A DNA stretch of 64,000 nucleotides from an uncultured Acidimicrobiaceae bacterium (GTDB lineage: Bacteria; Actinomycetota; Acidimicrobiia; Acidimicrobiales; SZUA-35): positions 12,868 through 76,867 of the forward strand of contig CAZKEM010000094.1 in assembly GCA_964551835.1 (NCBI GenBank), read 5' to 3'. This document shows positions 55,907 to 64,000 of this stretch, one piece after another. The translations under genes were made by a program, and so were the position numbers. The notes below the pieces were generated by a model. That model was not told where the DNA came from. It searched no databases and saw only the letters and a list, made by a program, of their open reading frames with translations. Position 1 is the stretch's first letter, and every line of letters begins with the position of its first letter.

Positions 55907-58480
55907 ATGGTAAAGCCGTCGCTAGTAATCGTTGGTAATGGCATGGTTGGTCAACGCTTCGTTGACGAAGCAATCCAAAGAGGTCTCGAAAACTCGTGGG
56001 ACATTGTCGTCATAGGCGAAGAACAGCAGCCAGCGTATGATCGGGTCGCGCTTTCGAGCTGGTTCGACGACCAAGACGACTCTGCGCTAAGCCTGGTCGA
56101 GCGGAGCTTCGTTGACGACGGTCCAGTCGAATATCGGCTTGGGGTAAGAGTTGACTCCATCGATCGAGGCCAGCAGACCCTCCAGCTGAGCGACGACTCG
56201 GAACTCGCCTACGACCATTTGGTGTTAGCAACCGGCTCATATCCATTTGTGCCCCCGGTGCCGGGAAAGGATCTTCCCGGTGTCTTCGTCTACCGAACAC
56301 TTGAAGACCTCGCCAACATTCAGTCTTGGGTAACCGACCAAAAGTGCAGTACTGGTGTGATTATTGGCGGTGGCCTTCTTGGACTTGAAGCAGCGAACGC
56401 GTTACGGAACATGCAGGTCTCGGCGAACGTTGTTGAGATGGCGCCCCGGCTCATGCCGCAACAGCTCGAAGCCGGCGGCTCAGAGATGTTGTCGCGTTGG
56501 ATCGACGACCTCGGCGTTTCGCAGTATTGCGGTGTGCTAACCGAAGAGATTGTCGGCTCCGACCGAGGAGTTACCGGTCTGCGATTCGCCGAATCGGAAG
56601 CCCTAGCCGGTATGGACGGTATTGTCGGCAATACGTTAGCAACTGACATAGTTATCTTCTCGGCCGGAATTCGGGCGTCGGACTCGTTGGGTCGCGACGC
56701 TGGATTGGAAATAGGAGAACGGGGCGGAGTGGTGACCGACACCCAGATGGTTACCTCCGATCCGAACATTTCGGCCATCGGTGAAGTCGCCTGCGTCAAT
56801 AACATGCTCTACGGCCTTGTCGGACCCGGCTACGATATGGCGAAGGTTGCCGCTGACCGTCTGGCAAAGTCGCCAACTGAAAACGGTTTTGCGGGAGCCG
56901 ACCTGTCGGCCAAACTAAAACTCCTCGGCGTCGAAGTAGCGAGCTTCGGCGACAACAAAGGTAATGAGACCACCACCGATATCGTGTTCGTCGACCCGGT
57001 CAAGAAAGTTCATCGACGCCTGGTGCTGGACAACGAAAACCAAGTTGTTGGCGGCACCTTGGTCGGCGATGCGTCAGGGTACGACATTCTGGTCGCGATG
57101 GCTCGAGGTCAGATGGTGACGCCAGATGAGCCTCAATCATTTGTGTTGCCGGATTACGTTGGCGCTAACGCATCTTCCGACGTCGAACTCCCCGACTCCG
57201 CTCAAATCTGCTCTTGTAACGACGTCACCAAAGGGGATTTGAAGGAAGCGATTGGTAATGGTTGCCAAACCGTCGGGTCGCTGAAATCCGAGACGCTCTG
57301 CGGTACGAGCTGTGGTGGCTGTGTCCCGGCGATGGAAACGTTACTCAAAGTCGAGCTCGCAAATGCAGGCATTGAGGTCAAAGTCGACCTGTGCGAACAT
57401 TTCGCGTACAGCCGCCAACAGCTTTTCGACCTCGTTCGTTTCCACGGTCATTCTTCATGGGCCGAGGTTATTTCGGCTCATGGCTCCGGTCGAGGCTGCG
57501 CAATCTGCCGCCCAGCTGTCGCCTCTATCCTGGCTTCGCTCAGCAACGGGTACGTGCTAGATGAAAGTCAGGCCAGTCTTCAAGACACTAACGATCGTTC
57601 GCTCGCAAACATGCAGCGTAACGGAACGTACTCGATAATTCCGAGAGTCCCGGGAGGCGAAATCACTCCCGACCAGTTGATCGAACTTGGCCAGATCGCT
57701 AAAGACTTCGACTTGTACACAAAAATTACCGGCGGTCAACGTATCGACTTGTTGGGTGCTGAGCTGTCGGAGTTGCCTGCGATTTGGCAACGAGTTTTAG
57801 ATGCAGGACTCGAATCTGGACACGCGTACGGCAAAGCGCTTCGTACCGTAAAGTCTTGTGTCGGCTCAACGTGGTGTCGCTACGGGGTCCAGGACTCGGT
57901 AACGATGGCTATCAACGTCGAGCTCCGGTACCGGGGTTTGCGTTCTCCTCACAAACTCAAGTCGGCTGTTTCTGGGTGTACCCGAGAATGTGCCGAGGCT
58001 CAAAGTAAAGATTTTGGGATCATAGCAACCGAGACCGGCTGGAATCTTTACGTCGGTGGCAATGGTGGACGTCAGCCACGCCACGCCGACCTGATCGGAA
58101 CCGACCTCGACGACGCGACCCTGATCAGGACCATCGACCGATTCTTGATGTTCTACATTCGCACAGCTGACAAACTTCAGCGGACGTCGCTTTGGCTCGA
58201 GTCGCTTGAGGGCGGCATCGACTATTTGAAAGAGGTCATCTTCGAAGACAGCCTGGGAATTTGTGATGAGCTGGACGCAGATATGGCAAAACACGTCGAC
58301 ACATATAAGTGTGAATGGCAGGAAACACTCGAATCGCCAGAACGTCTCGGTCAGTTCGTCGAATTTGTGAACGCCCCCGAAGAAACATCAACCCCGGTGT
58401 GGATACGTGAACGCGGGCAAAAAGCGCCGGCGCCGGCTCCGGGGGAGACCGAAGAGCTCGTCATTGCCGGAGGGTCGTAA
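55907..58480 (+). CDS. nirB: NAD(P)H-dependent nitrite reductase large subunit
   Basis: The start is moved to ATG 55907 ('MVKPSLVIVGNGMVGQRF'). A BFD-like 'CSCNDVTKGDL...CGGCVP' region is present, with the siroheme/4Fe-4S cysteines 'SCVGSTWCRYG' and 'SGCTRECAEAQ'. Confidence 0.9.
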   Translation: MVKPSLVIVGNGMVGQRFVDEAIQRGLENSWDIVVIGEEQQPAYDRVALSSWFDDQDDSALSLVERSFVDDGPVEYRLGVRVDSIDRGQQTLQLSDDSELAYDHLVLATGSYPFVPPVPGKDLPGVFVYRTLEDLANIQSWVTDQKCSTGVIIGGGLLGLEAANALRNMQVSANVVEMAPRLMPQQLEAGGSEMLSRWIDDLGVSQYCGVLTEEIVGSDRGVTGLRFAESEALAGMDGIVGNTLATDIVIFSAGIRASDSLGRDAGLEIGERGGVVTDTQMVTSDPNISAIGEVACVNNMLYGLVGPGYDMAKVAADRLAKSPTENGFAGADLSAKLKLLGVEVASFGDNKGNETTTDIVFVDPVKKVHRRLVLDNENQVVGGTLVGDASGYDILVAMARGQMVTPDEPQSFVLPDYVGANASSDVELPDSAQICSCNDVTKGDLKEAIGNGCQTVGSLKSETLCGTSCGGCVPAMETLLKVELANAGIEVKVDLCEHFAYSRQQLFDLVRFHGHSSWAEVISAHGSGRGCAICRPAVASILASLSNGYVLDESQASLQDTNDRSLANMQRNGTYSIIPRVPGGEITPDQLIELGQIAKDFDLYTKITGGQRIDLLGAELSELPAIWQRVLDAGLESGHAYGKALRTVKSCVGSTWCRYGVQDSVTMAINVELRYRGLRSPHKLKSAVSGCTRECAEAQSKDFGIIATETGWNLYVGGNGGRQPRHADLIGTDLDDATLIRTIDRFLMFYIRTADKLQRTSLWLESLEGGIDYLKEVIFEDSLGICDELDADMAKHVDTYKCEWQETLESPERLGQFVEFVNAPEETSTPVWIRERGQKAPAPAPGETEELVIAGGS

Positions 58481-58483
58481 CTC

Positions 58484-58861
58484 ATGGACGACGTAATCGA
58501 CCTAGCTGACGCCTCCTTCACACCGATTTGCCCAGTCGACCAAATCTTACTCGATACCGGGGTCGGGGCCCTCGTTGACGGTCAACGGGTGGCGGTATTT
58601 CGGTTGTCCTCAATCAATGCCGACGAGGTAGACGAGATTTACGCTATTGACGGAACCGACCCGTTTTCGGGGGTACCGGTACTGTCGAGAGGACTCGTAG
58701 GGTCGGTTGGCGACGAGCCCATCGTCGCGTCCCCGCTACACAAACAGCGGTTTAACTTACAGACCGGCCAATGTCTGGACGACGAATCCGTACGGCTCAC
58801 AACCTATGTAACCGAAGTAGTCGACGGCGTGGTTTTCGTCAGTTCTGAAGTTGCGGGATGA
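58484..58861 (+). CDS. nirD: nitrite reductase small subunit (Rieske-fold NirD)
   Basis: 125 aa starting 3 nt after nirB, containing 'VAVFRL...IYAIDGTDPFSGVPVLSRGLVG...VASPLHKQRFNLQTGQC'. Confidence 0.85.
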   Translation: MDDVIDLADASFTPICPVDQILLDTGVGALVDGQRVAVFRLSSINADEVDEIYAIDGTDPFSGVPVLSRGLVGSVGDEPIVASPLHKQRFNLQTGQCLDDESVRLTTYVTEVVDGVVFVSSEVAG

Positions 58862-58928
58862 ACGACATTCTGCATCCGTTGTTGGTTACGAAACATGGCC
58901 GAAACCTAGCGCAGCGAAACTTGTACAT

Positions 58929-60047
58929 ATGACTAAGGCTCCACTAGGTGGTTTTGTAGTTGGCGTCACCGCCGACCGCAAAGCCGCCGAACAGCTGTCG
59001 ATGCTGGAACGCTGTGGCGCCCAGTGTGTCCTCGGGCCTGTCATGAGACGCAGGTCTGGCCGCGACGACGATGAACTTCTCAGGGTTACGCAAGAACTCG
59101 TTACCAATCCTCCCGACTATGTGGTCCTGACCACCGGCGCCGGGCTGACCGACTGGTTTGATTTGGCCGATTCGGGTGAGATGCTGCCCGAGTTGCACGA
59201 GGCCATATCCGAAGCGAAGGTTGTCGTCCGGGGTCGTAAAGTTCACGGCGCAGCAGTTACGCTTGGGCTCGACGTCGCCTGGGTTGCACCTAACGGCCAA
59301 TTCGACGAACTCATTCGACACTTGACCAGAAGAGGTATCCAGCGGAAGAAAATCGCAGTCCAGTTCGACGGCAACCCATCACCGGAGTCGCTAATCAAAC
59401 TACGCGGCCTTGGCGCTGATATCGTCCAAGTTCACCCCTACGAATGGTCGGAGCCAGAGAACCGGAGCGCAAGCGAACGCCTGGTCCGCCTCGTCGCGGA
59501 ATCGTCTATTGATGCTGTCACGTTCACCTCTCGGGCCGCCGTGCACAACTTTATGGCCGTCGCCGAGAGCTTAGACGTAACTCGCGAGGTTGTGGACGCG
59601 TTCAATTCGAAAGTGATGCCAGCCTGTATTGGCCCAACGTGTGCCGACGCGACGCACCAACACGGCATCGAACGAAGCACTATGCCCGACCATGCACGAC
59701 TGGGTTCGTTAGTCCGAATGTTAGCGCACCACTTTGATGGCCGAACCACGCCGCTAACCCTCAATGGCATCACGGTTGAAATGCGTGGACATCAACTGAC
59801 GGTCGAGGGTGCTGAGCCGCTGTTGGCCACTGGGCGAGAGCGGCAAGTGTTGACCGTTCTTGCGGAACGCCCTGGCGTCGTCTACTCAAAAAAGAAGCTA
59901 CTCAAACTTGTTTGGAGCGGGTCGTCTTCGGACGAACACGTCGTTGAGGTGACGATTGGTCGCCTGCGACGACGACTCGGTAGAGCCGGAGCTGGCATAG
60001 AAACGGTGCGGCGCCGAGGTTATCGGCTCCGTTCGGAACCGATCTAG
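58929..60047 (+). CDS. uroporphyrinogen-III synthase (HemD)-like domain fused to an OmpR/PhoB-type winged-helix DNA-binding domain
   Basis: The start is placed at ATG 58929 ('MTKAPLGGFVVGVTADR'). The C-terminus is 'RERQVLTVLAERPGVVYSKKKLLKLVW...VVEVTIGRLRRRLG...IETVRRRGYRL'. Confidence 0.75.
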   Translation: MTKAPLGGFVVGVTADRKAAEQLSMLERCGAQCVLGPVMRRRSGRDDDELLRVTQELVTNPPDYVVLTTGAGLTDWFDLADSGEMLPELHEAISEAKVVVRGRKVHGAAVTLGLDVAWVAPNGQFDELIRHLTRRGIQRKKIAVQFDGNPSPESLIKLRGLGADIVQVHPYEWSEPENRSASERLVRLVAESSIDAVTFTSRAAVHNFMAVAESLDVTREVVDAFNSKVMPACIGPTCADATHQHGIERSTMPDHARLGSLVRMLAHHFDGRTTPLTLNGITVEMRGHQLTVEGAEPLLATGRERQVLTVLAERPGVVYSKKKLLKLVWSGSSSDEHVVEVTIGRLRRRLGRAGAGIETVRRRGYRLRSEPI

Positions 60048-60049
60048 GT

Positions 60050-61729
60050 ATGGGCTCTGCGGCCGATGGTTCGACGACCGAACAGGTCTTGACCCCGATC
60101 GACGAGTACTTGGCCGAACAGGCCGATATGAGTTCGGTCGACAGGTTCTCCAGGGTGGAGGTTACCGGGCGTACAGGTAAGTGGACCGACCTGATCCCAC
60201 TATCGAAGCCATCTGAAGGGGAGCAGTTTCGGTTCGACGTCGACCTTGATCTATGCACGGGATGTAAGGCATGTGTTACGGCGTGTCACAGCCTAAACGG
60301 TTTAGATGAATCGGAATCGTTCCGATCCGTTGGCTTACTAGTTGCTGCCGAGACCTCATCTGAGGTTACGACCGTCGACGCTACGTTCGTCGATTTGGTT
60401 TCGTTGTCGGTTGGTTCGTCGCCGATGCCGCAACCGGTGAACCAGGTCGTAACCACGGCGTGTCACCACTGTGTCGACCCGGGGTGTCTCAACGGCTGCC
60501 CTGCGAAGGCTTACGAGAAAGATCCGGAAACCGGCATTGTCAAACATCTCGACGATGCATGTATTGGCTGTGAATACTGCACTATGACGTGCCCGTACGA
60601 CGTGCCGGTATATAACAAGCGGCTTGGCATCGTACGCAAATGCGACATGTGTTCGGATCGGCTAGCAGAAGGAGAAGCCCCTGCTTGTGTTCAGGGATGC
60701 CCTAACGAGGCGATTAGTATCTCAATCGTTTCGAAAGCCAGCCTCGGGCAGCAGCCGAAGATAATGTCAACCGACGAAGGTCGGCTTGTGCCAGGAGCCG
60801 CGGAATCTTCGTTGACGTCACCGACGACGCTATACCGTCGGCAACAGCCCTTGCCTGAAACGGCCCGACCCGTGGACGACAACACGGTAGAACCAGGTCA
60901 CGCCCACACGCCACTAGCGGGGATGCTTGTATTGAGCCAGGTCGCCGTGGGCTTGCACCTTGCACGCATCGCTGGGTATGCCGAGCTCGCACGTGATCAA
61001 AACCAGTTGGCGGCTCTTTTGGTGCTGGCAGTTACCGCAGCTGCAATTGCCATATCGGCACTACATTTGGGCCAGCCGCTTAAAGCCTGGCGGGTACTTC
61101 TCGGGTTCAAACATTCGTGGCTTAGTCGCGAGGCCGTGGCCTTGAGCGCCTTCTTCGGGTTAGCGGCAGCTGCCTTTGTCGGAACCTTGACCGATTGGCA
61201 GGTTCGTTCGCTGCCAGATGGCGCGACTGGGATCGCAGGCGTTGTAACGGTGGGCTGTTCGGCAATGGTGTATGGTGTGACCGGTCGCCGGTGGTGGCGT
61301 CCAACACTCGTAATCGCAAAGTTTGGGCTGACCACGTTCGCTGCCGGTTCAGCATTGTTGTTAGCTTCGGCGGGGCTATTGGGTGCCGTCCCGACTTCGT
61401 TGGTTGTTGGCTTGACCCTGGTCTTGGTCGTGTCTACAGCAGTGAAGTTGGTTCTTGAGGTTTCGGTTCGCGCTGCCGACGACCCTGAGCAGCGTCGAAC
61501 GGCTGAACTATTGGCGAGGCGGCTAGCTAATCAACAAAACGCTCGCCTTACGCTCGGTGTCCTAGGGGGAATCTTGTGCCCGGTTCTTGCGATTGCGTTA
61601 GGTCCCGATGGGTGGACTGCAGTCGTGCTAGTTGTCGGAACCTGCTCTCTAGTTGCAGGTGAACTGTTGGAACGTGGGTTGTTTTTCAAAGCTTCGTCTT
61701 CGCCCACTATGCCGGGGAGTATGGCATGA
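60050..61729 (+). CDS. 4x[4Fe-4S] ferredoxin domain (DmsB/NrfC-like) fused to a DmsC-like polytopic membrane anchor
   Basis: The Cys clusters are '[16 protein letters not shown]', '[14 protein letters not shown]', '[12 protein letters not shown]' and '[21 protein letters not shown]'. The C-terminal ~270 aa are hydrophobic with multiple TM segments. Confidence 0.8.
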   Translation: MGSAADGSTTEQVLTPIDEYLAEQADMSSVDRFSRVEVTGRTGKWTDLIPLSKPSEGEQFRFDVDLDLCTGCKACVTACHSLNGLDESESFRSVGLLVAAETSSEVTTVDATFVDLVSLSVGSSPMPQPVNQVVTTACHHCVDPGCLNGCPAKAYEKDPETGIVKHLDDACIGCEYCTMTCPYDVPVYNKRLGIVRKCDMCSDRLAEGEAPACVQGCPNEAISISIVSKASLGQQPKIMSTDEGRLVPGAAESSLTSPTTLYRRQQPLPETARPVDDNTVEPGHAHTPLAGMLVLSQVAVGLHLARIAGYAELARDQNQLAALLVLAVTAAAIAISALHLGQPLKAWRVLLGFKHSWLSREAVALSAFFGLAAAAFVGTLTDWQVRSLPDGATGIAGVVTVGCSAMVYGVTGRRWWRPTLVIAKFGLTTFAAGSALLLASAGLLGAVPTSLVVGLTLVLVVSTAVKLVLEVSVRAADDPEQRRTAELLARRLANQQNARLTLGVLGGILCPVLAIALGPDGWTAVVLVVGTCSLVAGELLERGLFFKASSSPTMPGSMA

Positions 61730-63927
61730 TTCGAAACCCAATCGTCTCGGCCATATTTAAGCCGCGTCACCCGTCGAAGGAACTCGACCGGGTGACCAGC
61801 CCAATTGGGTTGGGTCAAGTTCCGGCATCGAAAGAAGCTGACTCTGTAGTCCGTTCGATATGTGGCTTCTGCTCGACTGGGTGTTCTCTCGACCTCCATA
61901 TCAGAGACGGAGAAGCAGTTAATCTAACGCCGTCGGCGACCTACCCGGTCAACACAGGTTCGGCCTGCCCAAAAGGGTGGGAGGCGCTCGCTCCGCTCGA
62001 CGCCGAAGACCGAGCTACCACTCCGTTGCTGCGAGATGAATCCGGGTCGCTTCAACCTGTTCCATGGAGTGTTGCTATCGAAGAGTTCGTGAGCCGCGCC
62101 AAAGCCGTCCAGGCTGAGCATGGCCCGGAATCAATGGCGTTTCTTTCTACCGGGCAGATCCCAACTGAAGAAATGGCTTTGCTCGGATCTTTGGCCAAAT
62201 TCGGCATGGGAATTAGACACGGCGACGGTAATACGAGGCAATGTATGGCGACGTCTGTCGTGGCGTACAAGCAGAGTTTCGGTTTCGACGCACCGCCTTA
62301 TACCTACGCTGACTTCGATGAGTCCGACGTCATCGTGTTGATCGGCTCGAATCTTGCCATCGCTCATCCGATCATGTGGGAACGCGTTCTGAAAAACCGT
62401 CACCACCCGGAAATCGTGGTTATTGATCCGAGGCATACCGAAACGGCGGCCGCGTCGACCCAGTACCTCGGGTTGGCGCCCGACAGCGACCTAGATTTGC
62501 TGTACGGCCTCGCTCAGCTCCTTATTGAACGAGGCGCCGTCGATCAAAACTATGTAGAGGAGAACACCGAGGGTTTCGGCGCCTTTAAAACCTATGTCAA
62601 ACATTTCCCGTTAGAACATGTGGTCGAACGAACTGGCCTCTCAGATGTGCAGCTGACTAAACTCGCAGACACTATCGCAGGTGGAAAGCGGGTTTCGTTT
62701 TGGTGGACCATGGGAGTCAACCAAAGCCATCAAGGGGTCCGAACCGCTCAGGCGATAATCAACCTGGCGTTGATGACGGGCAACATCGGCCGACCCGGAA
62801 CCGGAGCGAATTCGGTAACCGGGCAATGCAATGCGATGGGAAGCCGGTTGTTTTCAAACACAACTGGACTTCTGGGCGGCTACGACTTCGCCGACGTTGA
62901 AGCCCGGAACCATGTCGCCGATACGTTGGCGATTGGTGTCGAAACTATTCCCGACGAACCGTCGTGGCCATACGACAAAATCATGTCCGGCATCGGCACC
63001 GGAGAAATCAAAGGTCTGTGGGTCATAGCGACTAACACCGCTCATTCGTGGATCGACCAAATGGACTGCCACGGCCTGCTAGACGAACTCGACTTCCTGG
63101 TTGTCCAAGACATGTACCACTCGACCGAGACGGCGGTTCTGGCCGACCTCGTGTTACCGGCGGCGGGTTGGGGAGAAAAAGAAGGCACCTTCATCAACTC
63201 CGAACGGCGGATCGGTCATATCGCTAAGGCGAAGACGGCCCCCGGCGAGGCATTGGCTGATTTCTGGATCTTCAAGGCGATAGCGGAAGCCTGGGGTTGT
63301 TCTGAAATGTTTGATCGGTGGCGAACGCCTGAAGACGTATTCAAAATTCTGCGGGAGTTGTCTAGCGAACAGCCCTGTGACTTCACGGGGGTCGATGATT
63401 ACGAGATGCTCGACGACCTGGGTGGCGTTCAATGGCCGTTCCCGTCGGGCCAGGTTCCTTCAGCCGAAACTGCGGAACGACGGCTTTTCACCGACAGGAA
63501 GTTTTTCACCGAAAGTGGGCGAGCGAAGTTTATCTACGAAGCCCCAGCGTTAGCTCCTGAAGTCGCCTCGGACGACTACCCCTTCACCTTGCTGACCGGG
63601 CGAGGGTCGGTAGCTGACTGGCATACCAGAACTCGGACAGAGAAGTCGACGGTTCTGGCATCTATGACGGCGAAAGAAACGTATGCGGAGCTACACCCAG
63701 ACGATGCCGAAACTCTCGGCGTGCATACCCACGACGAAATTCTGGTTGAATCGCGCCGTGGTCAACTCGTTGCCCGGGTCGTTACGACAACCGGAGTTCA
63801 GCCCGGGCAGATATTTATACCAATGCATTTCCCGGAGCTGAATCGGTTGACGTTCCCCGCCTTCGACCCCTATTCTCGTCAACCCGCCTACAAACACTGT
63901 GCGGTCGCAGTCACTGTGCAGAAGTAA
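61726..63927 (+). CDS. bis-MGD molybdopterin oxidoreductase, assimilatory nitrate reductase-like catalytic subunit (NasA/NarB type)
   Basis: ATGA overlap with the upstream gene and an N-terminal 4Fe-4S motif '[10 protein letters not shown]'. No twin-arginine signal is present, 'TGQCNAMG' is present, and the 733-aa length is typical of NasA/NarB. Confidence 0.75.
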   Translation: MIRNPIVSAIFKPRHPSKELDRVTSPIGLGQVPASKEADSVVRSICGFCSTGCSLDLHIRDGEAVNLTPSATYPVNTGSACPKGWEALAPLDAEDRATTPLLRDESGSLQPVPWSVAIEEFVSRAKAVQAEHGPESMAFLSTGQIPTEEMALLGSLAKFGMGIRHGDGNTRQCMATSVVAYKQSFGFDAPPYTYADFDESDVIVLIGSNLAIAHPIMWERVLKNRHHPEIVVIDPRHTETAAASTQYLGLAPDSDLDLLYGLAQLLIERGAVDQNYVEENTEGFGAFKTYVKHFPLEHVVERTGLSDVQLTKLADTIAGGKRVSFWWTMGVNQSHQGVRTAQAIINLALMTGNIGRPGTGANSVTGQCNAMGSRLFSNTTGLLGGYDFADVEARNHVADTLAIGVETIPDEPSWPYDKIMSGIGTGEIKGLWVIATNTAHSWIDQMDCHGLLDELDFLVVQDMYHSTETAVLADLVLPAAGWGEKEGTFINSERRIGHIAKAKTAPGEALADFWIFKAIAEAWGCSEMFDRWRTPEDVFKILRELSSEQPCDFTGVDDYEMLDDLGGVQWPFPSGQVPSAETAERRLFTDRKFFTESGRAKFIYEAPALAPEVASDDYPFTLLTGRGSVADWHTRTRTEKSTVLASMTAKETYAELHPDDAETLGVHTHDEILVESRRGQLVARVVTTTGVQPGQIFIPMHFPELNRLTFPAFDPYSRQPAYKHCAVAVTVQK

Positions 63928-64000
63928 ATACTGTGCGGTGATGGCCGGGCTTCGACCGTCGACTTGCTTTGACGATTTCTTCGACAATGAGCGCCCACCT

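Noticed and set aside
1-64000. Scan for CRISPR arrays, rRNA/tRNA genes, IS elements, integrases, and phage or conjugation genes
   Set aside because: I saw no regularly spaced repeat array, no transposase/integrase-like ORF and no rRNA-like conserved blocks. The absence is by eye only and should be confirmed with tRNAscan-SE, Infernal and ISfinder-type searches.

Overview
This 64-kb chromosomal segment reads as a moderately high-GC actinobacterium. Evidence: frequent GTG/TTG starts, many 1-4 nt stop/start overlaps, and the actinobacterial core order rplM-rpsI-glmM-glmS ... alr ... tsaE-tsaB. Layout: (1) 0.2-23.2 kb is a ~23-kb cell-surface glycan locus. It carries an MsbA/PglK-type ABC exporter, a Wzy_C-type membrane protein, several glycosyltransferases, four hexapeptide acetyltransferases, a pyruvyl transferase, PglC/PglD/PglE-like genes, a NeuB-type nonulosonic-acid subcluster and a heparinase II/III-like gene. 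A VapBC-type toxin-antitoxin pair interrupts it, bracketed by a duplicated copy of the 5' end of the neighbouring gene. (2) 23.7-27.7 kb holds a CAP-domain lipoprotein, an SRAP peptidase, an orphan glycosyltransferase and a Thr/Pro-rich membrane protein. (3) 27.8-48.6 kb is the housekeeping backbone: rplM, rpsI, glmM, an unusually long 1145-aa GlmS homologue, acpS, an ABC-F ATPase, alr, tsaE and tsaB. An ~8.5-kb accessory block sits between alr and tsaE. It carries a MacB/FtsX-type ABC pump and a three-gene cassette of proteins I cannot assign to any family: a 94-aa protein, a 964-aa hyper-acidic protein with one hydrophobic hairpin, and a beta-propeller lipoprotein. This cassette is my best candidate for an undescribed system. 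(4) 48.6-54.1 kb holds a YdjM-like hydrolase and DUF3179, DUF1501 (+DUF4214-like repeats) and DUF1800 proteins. (5) 54.3-63.9 kb holds aspC and a nitrate/nitrite assimilation cluster: nirB, nirD, a HemD-winged-helix fusion, a ferredoxin-DmsC fusion and a NasA-like molybdoenzyme. I found no rRNA, tRNA, CRISPR array, transposase or integrase. All family calls come from motif recognition by eye; no database search was run.
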